NCBI RefSeq assembly: GCF_006345805.1
Contig: NC_043007.1
Coordinates: forward strand, 25,172,001-25,236,000
Reading direction: 5' to 3'
Origin: Octopus sinensis
Lineage: Eukaryota
Length of the DNA: 64,000 nucleotides
Positions within the stretch are counted from its first letter, which is position 1. Each line of letters opens with the position of its first letter. The notes under the pieces were generated by a model. It was not told where the DNA came from, did no database searches, and saw nothing but the letters and a program-made list of their open reading frames with translations. Made by a program: the position numbers and the translations under genes. Shown here in pieces: positions 54,030 through 64,000 of this stretch.

Positions 54030-56973
54030 CCACATTCCTACTCAATGCACAAGGTGTCAGCCCTTCCATCAATGCACAAAAATGGAAGGTCCAATTCATT
54101 GAAGACTGGGTTGGTAACCATTCACACCACATCCCTTTCTTCATTCTCACTGAGACCCACCTTGGCAACTCCCACTTGGAAGCCGAAGTGAGAGTGAAGA
54201 ATTTCACAACCATCCGCGCGGATCGTATCGGCAGGAGGAAGGGTGGAACTGCCATTTTCCTGCATGATTCATTTACGGCAGATGGAAATAGTATATTCTC
54301 CAACGGCTACTGTGAATCAGTCACCGTGCACAACAAAGCCAATGACCTGACAGTATTGGGCTCTATAGGCCGCCCCAAAACACCCATACTGTGCTTTAAA
54401 GAATGCCTCAACAGCATTAAGTGCTTTATTCAACAGTGCCATTCTAGCAACATACTCATGATGGGAGACTTCAATCTACCCTGTGTTGACTGGACTACAA
54501 ACTGTTTGAAACCAAGCACTCCCGCCTCAACCGCTGACAAAGAAGCAGCAGAGTCACTTTTCGACTTTACGAATGAGTTTTTCTTGTCCCAACTTGTCCT
54601 TGCACCAACAAGACATCAGAACATTTTGGACCTAGTGTTTAGTAACCACACTAACACTATACATAACGTTACAGTGGAAAAAACCCTTCTTTCAGACCAT
54701 GACATGGTTCTCTGTAACATGAATTCCACCAGCCGAAAGCTAATCCTAGTTACCTTCCTCCAGCCCACCCATTTGACAACATGGATCTCCATAAAGCCAA
54801 CTGGGATGCAATCAGGAACGAGCTATCAAATGTTGACTGGTCCTTTACACATACACACATCTCCACCAACCATAAAACATCTTGGCAGATCTTTGTAGAC
54901 ACCGTCACAGACATATGTGCAAAACGCTCCCCACCAGACCTGTGAACAAAAAGTGCAGAATCCCTCAAAACAGAAAAACCATTATCAGAAAAATAAAAAG
55001 AACAAACAAAAAATTAACAAACTAAAGTACTGCCAACAGCAACACACATTCGACGGCTATCGCACTGCTTGAATCCAAAAATATAACCTCCAACAATGCA
55101 TGAAGACCCTCATCAATAACCAAAGATCAGCTGAGGAGAAGTGGGCCATTGAAAAAATCAAACTCAACCCCAAAGTGTTCTTTTCATTTGCGAGGAAACG
55201 CAGGGTCACTGTCTCCACTGTAGGCCCTCTAATTGACGAAACTGGCACTCTCCAAGATAATGCCAAATCCATGGCCGAGATACTGCAGAAACAATACTGC
55301 TCTGTTTTCAGCAATCCTGATATGGCCGATCTGGGCTGTATCAGTGATGTCAACCCCCAACCACTATATCGGACATAACGTTTAGTGCCCCTGATGTCTT
55401 AGCGGCGATAAACGAAATAAAACACAATTCAGCAGTAGGCCCCGATAGGTTCCCTGCTTGTGTCCTGAAGGTGTGTCGACACCAACTTGCATCTCCCCTT
55501 GCTAATCTGTGGAGAAACTCACTGGATGCTGGCTATATTCCAAAAACCTTCTGTCCCAGTCTGTTGTCCCAGTTTTCAAAAAGGGAAACAAGTCCCTTGC
55601 AGTGAATTACCGTCGATCGATCTCACTCACCTCTCATATCATAAAGGTATTTGAGAGGGTGGTGAGATCTCGAATAACCCAATTTCTGGAAGCAACAGAC
55701 GGCTGATCTCCAACCAACATGGGTTCCGTAATGGAAGGGACTGCCTAACGCAGCTCCTGCATCACTTTGAGGACATTTTGAGAGCTTGGGAGAGGGCTCC
55801 AACACCGATGTCATCTACCTTGATTTCAGTAAGGCCTTCGACAGGGTCGTTCACAAGATCCTATTGAAAAAACTATCCAACATTGGTGTCTCTGGAAAGT
55901 TACTGAAATGGATTAATGTTTTTCTGACAGACAGATCTCAACATGTTGTAGTTGAAGGGGTAAAATCAAGCCCAGCCAAAGTCAGTAGTGGTGTTCCGCA
56001 AGGCACTGTGCTGGCCCACTTCTTTTCATCATTTACATTAATGACATTAATGACATCATCAAGCACAGCAACATAAAAATCTTTGCAGATGACTCCAAGC
56101 TACAGAAGGTCATAAACGAGGCGAGTGACCGGACATGCCTTCAGTCAGATCTACTGGCTGTTATCCAATGGGCAGAAAAAAAACAATATGCTGCTGAACG
56201 AGGATAAATTTGAGCTAATCCACTTTGGAAAAGAGGATGCCCTGAAACTCCCATACTCCCTTCCTTCATTGGTGAACTCTCTTGCGGCGTCCAACAACAT
56301 CAGAGACTTGGGAGTAATTGTGGACAACAACGTAAGCTGGGCCACTCATATAAACACCAAAGTTGACATGGCCCGCAGAATGTGTTCCTGGATTCTCAGA
56401 ACTTTCCAGTCGAGAGATATCCACACCATTATCCTTCTCTTCTCCACTTTTGCCCGACCCCACCTTGAATACTGTTGTCCACTGTGGTCTCCCCACACAA
56501 TACAAGGTATCATAAAAGTTGAAGCACCTCAAAGGGCAATCACAAAAAAGATAGATGGCATGACAGGCCTCGACTATTGGGGTCGACTAGAAAAGCTAAA
56601 ACTCTATTCTCTCCAACGTCGTCGTGAGCGCTACATCATCTGCATGATGTGGAAAATATTCCATCAGCATTGCCCAAATGATGTTGGCATCACCTTTAAG
56701 GTACATCCAAGGCTTGGGCCCCGTGCCATCCGCCCAAAACAAAAATCGCACTCTCATCTCATAACAACAATACGGCACAATTATTTCACCTCAATTGGCC
56801 CCACTCTCTTTAACATTACACCAAAACACATTAAAACAGAAACTGACCCTATAGGGTTCAAGAAGTCTTTGGACAGATTCCTTCAAGAAATCCCGGATAA
56901 ACCCCCTACACCCGGATATGTCTCTGTAAACAATAACTCTCTACTTGAGTGGGCCATAGTGCCCAAATTCTGA
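54030..56973 (+). pseudogene. LINE ORF2 (APE endonuclease + reverse transcriptase), multiple frameshifts
   Basis: EN motifs LNAQG, ILTETHL, MGDFNLP, LDLVFSN and SDHDMV. RT motifs YLDFSKAFD, SGVPQGTVL and FADD. CR1-type C-terminus RPHLEYCCPLWSPH...YSLQRRRER. Broken into at least 5 ORF pieces. Confidence 0.92.
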
Positions 56974-57064
56974 CTTGAAAGACTTCACCAGGTGGTGCTA
57001 TTAAGTTAGACATGGCCTGGGCCAATAATGGCCGAAACCTATCAAAGTATCAAAGTATCAAAGT

Positions 57065-57310
57065 ATATATGTATATATATATGTGTGTACGTGTGTTTGT
57101 GTGTCTGTATTTGTCCCCCTATCATTGCTTGACAACCGATGCTGGTGTGTTTATGTCCCCGTTACTTAGCGGTTTGGCAAAAGAGACCGATAGAATAAGT
57201 ACTGGGCTTACAAAGAATAAGTCCCGGGGTCGATTTGATCGACTAAAGGCGGTGCTCCAGCATGGCCGCAGTCAAATGACTTAAACAAGTAAAAGAGTAA
57301 AGAGTAAAGA
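57065..57310 (+). mobile_element. SINE family A, 3' half
   Basis: Runs from (TA)n/(TG)n to the GTAAAAGAG tail. Confidence 0.85.
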
Positions 57311-57568
57311 GTATATATATATTACATACCTTCCATTTTGTAAGATAGTAGGATGTGCTTTAGTGGAGATTTGGCTGGTATTTCTAACAAGTCAAATAAC
57401 CACATAGATTCTCCTTCAAAACTTCAGCACAACCAGTTTATTGTTCTTGCATAAAAAGGTACTTTATTGTCTTGTATTTTATTTTTTTTTGTATATGATT
57501 TACTTTTAATAATGTTTTATGATATTTTGGTGGTTAAATCTAGTTATGCTCCAGTGAAGAACTCAAAG

Positions 57569-57721
57569 ATGTCAACAGCAACGACGGAGAATATCTTAAA
57601 TGAAGTCTTTGGACTGATTGAGAAACATGGAGAAAGTGAATATTTTGGAGAACCAGTCAGTATCAAGGAACATATGATCCAGTGTGCCATGTTAGCTGAA
57701 GAAGAGAATTATTCTAAAGAG
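57569..57721 (+). CDS. phnZ: ATG-containing exon of a PhnZ/TmpB-like HD-domain diiron oxygenase (2-amino-1-hydroxyethylphosphonate dioxygenase-like)
   Basis: MSTATTENILNEVFGLIEKHGESEYFGEPVSIKEHMIQCAMLAEEENYSKE followed by GAG|GTGAGT, phase 0. The motif Y-x-G-E-x5-E-H-x2-Q-C-A has the spacing of recalled PhnZ DYIGEAINQLEHSLQCA. A T-rich tract and candidate acceptors (TAG ending 57543, CAG ending 57553) lie upstream. The HD motif is expected in the next exon, which is not in the window. Confidence 0.85.
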
Positions 57722-57809
57722 GTGAGTTAATGAACATTGTTGTTGTTATTGACCTACCTTCCAGGTATTGTGTAACTCAGACTATGTTATCTAGTGTGTT
57801 TATATATAT

Positions 57810-58170
57810 ATATGTTACGTTAAGTTAAGTTAATTTTTTGGCTCAAAAATCAAAAAGCAAGGCCATGTAGGGGGATATGGAGTTATGTACAGGGAGGGTG
57901 TTCATGCAAAGAGTTCAGGCCATTTCTGGTCAAGAGAGACTGTAAACCGAGCGGTCATTGGCATCTTCACTATCTCGTCCGGCAGCTTATTCCACGGATC
58001 TGCAACCCAGATGGAGAAAGCCCCTCTCCTTTGATTGAGATGAAATCGTCGCAGATAGAGCTTTTCGGAGTGACCCTGCAGCCGACGCTCTGGAGCAGGA
58101 GTAAAGAACAGCTCTTTCGAGAGGTTACACTTTCCGCTTATGATGTTGTGGTCGTACCTATTTGGATATG
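57810..58170 (-). mobile_element. 5'-truncated CR1 LINE (second subfamily)
   Basis: Encodes LQGHSEKLYLRRFHLNQRRGAFSIWVADPWNKLP; (TTAAC)n tail. Confidence 0.8.
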
Positions 58171-59079
58171 AGAAGTATGGCCTCAAACCTCTGGTCTGGT
58201 TTTTTATTTCCTGCAAAATTGTGCTGCTGTTGATAATTTGCATAATGGAAATATATACTAAGCATTTAACACCTGTCATTGTGTTCCTTGTTGGACACTG
58301 AAGAGGCTATTAGCAAGATTATATAATATTTCAACAATGATTATGTAATCATGACAGAAATTAGTTGAAACACGTGTATGTTTAATAAACCATTGGATAC
58401 CATAGCTGCTGTGTGTGTGTGTATGTGTGTGTATAAAAAATAAATGTGCCCTTTTAAAGCCTAGCCAGGCTCATGGGCCTGGTTTCCTGGTTTCAATGAC
58501 ATATGTGTTCCCCAGCTGGATGGGATGCCAGTCCATCGCAGCGTTACTCATTTTTGCCAGCTGAGTGGACTGGAGCAACGTGAAATGAAGTGTTTTGCTC
58601 AAGAACACAACGCGTTGCCTGGTCCAGGAATGGTCATTCACAACCATCATGTGATGTCTTCACAAGGTTATAAACACACACACAGATATGCAAAGAGCTT
58701 CTTTCAGTTTCCCTCAACCAAATCCACTCAAGGCTTTGATCAGCCTGGGGGCCAAACCAGATAACACTTGCCCAAGGTGCCATGCAGTGGGACTGAACAC
58801 ATACCTATGTGCTCGGGTAGTAAGATTCTTAACTAAACAGCCACACCTGTGTCTAAAATGAAATTAAATATGATATTTCACAATTTGTAGAAAATTGAAA
58901 CTCACAGAACAATTATTTGCTAAGAATAATAAGTATGGTGAATGGCTTGTTAGGAACAAAAACAACGATTCTTCACCCAAAATTTGGAGTAAAACACTTG
59001 AATATTTTTGTGATTGCATTTTGAATTTTCCATCTTAATGCCGTAGATAACCAGACTTAAGTCAAACGTCATCACTGCT

Positions 59080-60110
59080 GATGACAGAAGAAAGATAACA
59101 CATTGGCAATTAAAGAAGCTGATAAAGGAAGTGCAGATATATTGATTGTTCATGAATATTAAATGTTATAAAAATTTTGTTTTATCCATGCTAGAAGACA
59201 ATGTACACTACAGAAGGGTTATAAATTATAACCAACAGAAATTGATGGAGCACCATCATCATTATCATTACCATCATTGTTTAACACCATCTTCTATGCA
59301 TGCATGGGTAGAACAGTTCACAGGAGCTGGTCAGGTAGAAAAACTTCTCTATGCTACTCTGTTTTGGCAGGGTTTTTATAATTGGATACCCTTCCTAACA
59401 CCAACCACCCCACAGAGTGGACTCGGTGCTTTTTACGTGGCACTAGCACAGGCGAGGTTAGTTTTGGCATGATTTTTACAGCTGGATGCCCTTCCAGGTG
59501 CCAACCACTTTACAGTTGGACTGGATGCTTTTTACATGGCACCAACACTGTCAGGGTCACCATGTATCTTACAATTTTGTTACACTTGTACCAAAAAGGG
59601 GGAAGGTGCTTGACTTAGTGTTTAATGTATTTGGCTCACAATCATAAAGTTCTGAGTTCAAATCCTGCAGCACTTAACGTATTTTTTGATATAGTGAAAT
59701 TTTATACAAACATCCCTTCTCTTGCTACTATGGAATACGTAGAAGCAATAAAATTCTGTTTGGCAAATGATGTGAAAGAATTACCAGAACATAAGAAAAT
59801 AATTAATAATTGAGGAATTCAAATCTACTTCCCAAAATAACTGTTTTGTGTTTGATGCCAACTATTACCAACAAAAATCTAGAATTGCAATGGTCACAAA
59901 AGTAGCTCCAGTCTACGCAAATTTAGTCATAAGATATATGGAGATTATGCTGTATCAATATTTGTAAAGAAACTACAGAAACTCTGTCAGCATATAAGAG
60001 AATACTGGAAAAGATTTCTACATGATTGCTTCATTCTTTTGAAGGGAAGCTTGGAGAAACTAAATGAATTTTAAATACTACTTAATGGAATAAATGATAA
60101 ACACTAAAAC
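59080..60110 (+). mobile_element. Decayed Penelope-like element RT fragment (interrupted by a family-D repeat)
   Basis: Encodes AIKEADKGSA, YTNIP, IAMVTKVAPVYANL and YWKRFLHDCFI, with stops and frameshifts. A CT-rich tail and GAAACGTT motif follow near 60580. Confidence 0.75.
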
Positions 60111-60364
60111 GAAAAATTCCCTTGTTTGAATAGTTGATGTAAAGATAACTCTTTGGTTGTTTTATCTGTATTTGTTTTCCTATTTTTGTACTCTTTCACC
60201 TATTTACATAGCAATATGCTTAAGCCTGTTTTTTTTTCTCCACTTTTGTGGTTTTGATAATCTGCTGTGATAACATTTTTGCTCTCTCCTCTCTTTCCCT
60301 TTTTCTCTACCCTCCATCTTTCTACCTCTCTATTTTTGTCTCTCTATTTCCTCATTCATATACT

Positions 60365-60424
<60 letters not shown>

Positions 60425-60639
60425 CATCACTTTTCTATTTACTTACTTTTCCAGTGTTCCTCTTTTGTCCTACTTCTCTTCCAATATCATGACCTCCTTT
60501 TTCACTGACACCTTCCTTAAAACAACACATCTTCTCTGTTTCCTTTGCTACTCTCATTTGTTTATTTAGGGCCCATGCCTGAAACGTTCATATTTTCATT
60601 TTCCCCTGTTCAAGAGAAAATGTCTCACACACACTGTAA

Positions 60640-61075
60640 GACATACATCTAGATGGCCCCTTGACAGTTAAGTGCCTCAGTCATCGACATAGCACAGTGA
60701 TCTATACCATTATATTCTATATACTTACATCTAGGTGGACTAGATTACTGACAATGAAATAACTTGGTCAGAGGTCACACTGTGGTGGTACCTACTTACA
60801 GTTAGATGGACTGAACTTTGGACAGTTAAGTGTTTTAGTCATGGACACATTACAGTTAATTATACCTATACTGTGGTACCTGCTTTCAGCTAGATAGACT
60901 GGGGTGTTGGCAGTTAAATATCTTAGTCTTGAACACGGTACAATGGACCATTCCACACCATGGGATCTACTCACAGCTTAGTGTATTGTTGATAGTTAAG
61001 TAGCTTGATCATGGAGTCATGAACTACAGACCGCACTGAGGGTCATAACTGTTTACAACTAGATGGACTAAGCTT
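60640..61075. repeat. Degenerate ~80-bp tandem repeat, 6 copies
   Basis: TACTTACA.CTAGATGGAC-like cores at 60644, 60722, 60793, 60881, 60968 and 61050. Confidence 0.6.
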
Positions 61076-61189
61076 CACCATCATCATCACCATCATCATC
61101 ACCATCATCATCACCATCATCATCATCATCATCATCAGCAGCATTTAACATCTGTTTTTCATACTGGCATAGGTTGGATGGCTTGACAG

Positions 61190-61570
61190 AAGCTGGCAGA
61201 AACGTTAGCATGCTGGGCGAAATGCTTAGCGGTATTTCATCTGCTGTTATGTTCTGAAGTCAAATTTCGCCGAGGTCCACTTTGCCTTTCATCCTTTCGG
61301 GGTCGATAAATTAAGTACCAGTTACGCACTGGTGTCGATGTAATTGGCTTAATTCTTTTTGTCTGTCCTTGTTTGTCCCCTCTGTGTTTAGCCCCTTGTG
61401 GGTAGTAAAGAAATAGGTATTTCATCTGCCGTTATGTTCTGAGTTCAAATTTCGCTGAGGTCAACTTTGCCTTTCATCCTTTTGAGGGTCGATAAATTAA
61501 GTACCAAATCCCTTTGTCTGTCTTTGTTTGTCCCCTCTATGTTTAGCCCCTTGTGGGCAATAAAGAATAA
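61190..61570 (+). mobile_element. SINE family E, tandem partial dimer
   Basis: The body from GGTATTTCATCTG is repeated at ~61220 and ~61415. Confidence 0.78.
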
Positions 61571-62099
61571 GAAACTGACAAGGCCAAAGGCCACACCAGG
61601 TTTCATAGCCTGTTTTGGCTTGGTTTCTGCAGCTGAATGCCCTTCCTAACACCAACCACTTTACTAAGTGTACTGGGTGCTTTTTACATGGCACCAGCAC
61701 AAGTGCTCTTTATGTGGCACCAGCATTAGTGCTTTTTTTTTTAAGGTAGCCCCAACGCCAATGCTTTTTAGATGGCACCAGCACCTACACCAGTGCATTT
61801 TATGTAGCACATTGGTTTTAGGATCTCAGTTCTCTTGTGGTCTTAAAAGTAGTTCCTTGAATGAAACACTACGATACCAGCTAACAGAAAGGAGACTATT
61901 GGTCAGTAGTTGACTTGGTCTCGGACACAGTATAGAGGCCAATGAGAGGAAATGACCTTGTGACTCACTGCATAGTCATCCAGTAACTCTCTGTCCTCAT
62001 TGTCAACTCATTGAACTGTGGTTCCCTTCAATGATTTTTATGGTATTTCCATAAATTTCAATTTCTTATCATTTCCCCCATACCCCAACCGTCATCCTC

Positions 62100-62530
62100 T
62101 TGACATTTTCAACATCATCAGCATCATCATTATCATTGTCGTCATCGCCATCATCGTCATCATCGTTGCCATTGTCATCATTATCATCATCATCATCATT
62201 GTCATCATCATCATCATTATCAACATCTTCGTCATCAACATGATTATTATCATCATCATCATAATTATCTATTATCATCATCATCGACATTGCCATCATT
62301 ATCATCATCATCATCATTATCAACATCTTCGTCATCAACATGATTATTATCATCATCATCATAATTATCTATCATCATCATCATCATCATCATCATTGTC
62401 ATCATCATCATCATTATCAACATCTTCGTCATCAACATGATTATTATCATCATCATCATAATTATCTATCATCATCATCATCATTGACATTGTCATCATT
62501 ATCATCATCATCATCATCATCATTATAATT
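62100..62530. repeat. (ATC)n microsatellite with a ~100-bp higher-order unit x3
   Basis: ATCAACATCTTCGTCATCAACATGATTATT at ~62219, 62319 and 62416. Confidence 0.88.
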
Positions 62531-63095
62531 ATACATGAGTTACTTCCTCTCCCTGGTTTTTATACTGTGTCCATGACCAAGACTACTACTTATCAACAGT
62601 ACTGTTTACCTTGCTATAAGTTGGCACCACTATTTACCAACAGCAGCAGCAGCAGCAGCAGCAATACCTTTGGCAAGGCATAATATAAGAACCACCCAAC
62701 TGAGGGCAACAACCATTTAACCCTCACCTCTTCCATTGAAAGCTTCCTAATAGACATCACAACAGAATGAATGTGACTATCTCAGGTGTACCACCACCAT
62801 CACCACCGCCACTACCAATATCACCACTAATATCATCATCATCATCATTGTCGTCATCATCATCATCATCATCAGATTATGGTGAGTTTAAAAATTACTC
62901 GTCCGGTTAATAGACACACACACACACACACACATACATAAAAAAAAAATCCACCAACCACATCATCAGAGCCACCCAGCCATCCATACGTAATCATTAA
63001 AAAAAAACTGGATTAAGGGTGGAGTTAATCTCATTGAAATAATCCTCTTAAAACTGTTGTTCTTCTTGTTTGCGTTCTTCTCTCCCCCTCTCTCT

Positions 63096-63143
<48 letters not shown>

Positions 63144-63206
63144 GTATATATATACACATACTACATATATACATACATACATATACATATATATCTATAC
63201 ATACAT

Positions 63207-63280
<74 letters not shown>

Positions 63281-63291
63281 TATATATATAT

Positions 63292-63354
<63 letters not shown>

Positions 63355-63639
63355 TACACACACACACACACACACATATATATGTGTGTTTGTGTGTGTG
63401 CATATATGTGTTATAATGAGGTTGACCTGTTATACACTCACACTGACATGTGTAAATATATTTCTAGATAGACAGCTTAGTGTGTGTGTGTGTGCATATA
63501 TCATTTTTGCCATGTAAAAAAGCATATATCTGTCAATCATATAACATGTTACGTTTCTGTTCATGGTCTGACACTTGACTGTACATATACAAAATGCCAT
63601 GATCCTGCATGGCATTTAACTGAGAAGAGACATTTATGT

Positions 63640-64000
63640 TGTTGGCAAATCTCAGGAAGCATGGAAGTTTTGAAAGATGCAGTGCTCCGACAACTAACAA
63701 CTGATGCCGGCAGTTTGTTCCATGCTTCAGCAACTCTTAGCACGAAATGCTTCACGCTAAGAGTTGCTGAAGTATGGAACAAACTACCGGCATCAGTTGT
63801 TAGTTGTTGGAGCACTGCATCCTTCAAAACTTCCATGCTTCCTGAGATTCGCCAACACTACACCTGATTTTCTCCCTTCCATACACACCCAAGACACACC
63901 CAAGACATTTGTACATTACTGCATATGCTTTATTCGCACTTTTGACAAGTTGTGGTGCATCTGAGCACTGTATACAATAATTTCATTATTATTATTATTA
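63640..64000. mobile_element. CR1 3' end with a foldback inverted duplication
   Basis: 63640-63741 is the reverse complement of 63756-63857. The right copy continues into the 3' UTR and (ATT)n. Confidence 0.85.

Larger units (their letters stand above)
52421..57064 (+). mobile_element. Near full-length, inactive CR1-group LINE (~4.6 kb)
   Basis: Contains a 5' UTR, ORF1 remnant and frameshifted EN-RT ORF2. The short 3' UTR ends in (TATCAAAG)x3. It splits a family-A SINE. Confidence 0.9.
57722..64000 (+). other. Probable intron of the phnZ-like gene (continues beyond window end)
   Basis: Donor GTGAGT at 57722. No exon encoding the expected ..LLHD(I/L)GH was seen downstream. Confidence 0.65.

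Noticed and set aside
54030-56973. Active LINE
   Set aside because: ORF2 has at least four frame disruptions.

Overview
AT-rich, repeat-saturated animal genomic DNA from a coleoid cephalopod, most likely Octopus (judged from a PLC21-type exon and the tRNA-derived SINE landscape). Only two host coding exons are supportable, oriented head-to-head about 30 kb apart. (1) The ATG-containing exon of a phospholipase C-beta of the cephalopod PLC21 type (27498-27596, minus). I found no exon 2 in the 27 kb downstream, so bases 1-27497 are probably one large intron. (2) The ATG-containing exon of a PhnZ/TmpB-like HD-domain diiron oxygenase (57569-57721, plus), a family known from bacterial phosphonate C-P bond cleavage, here in an intron-containing animal gene. 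The rest is transposon-derived or simple sequence: a near full-length but frameshifted CR1-group LINE; fragments of RTE, Tx1/L1-like, RLE-type, CR1 and Penelope-like retroelements; a Helitron RepHel fragment and non-autonomous Helitrons; piggyBac, hAT and Helentron-type MITEs; about six SINE-like families (my labels A-F); and microsatellites. Notable non-coding findings are minimal type I hammerhead ribozyme motifs, several foldbacks and two local rearrangements. Nearly all ORFs in the supplied track are microsatellite or TE artefacts. Family assignments come from recalled motifs, not database searches, and repeat boundaries are approximate unless TSDs or termini are quoted.
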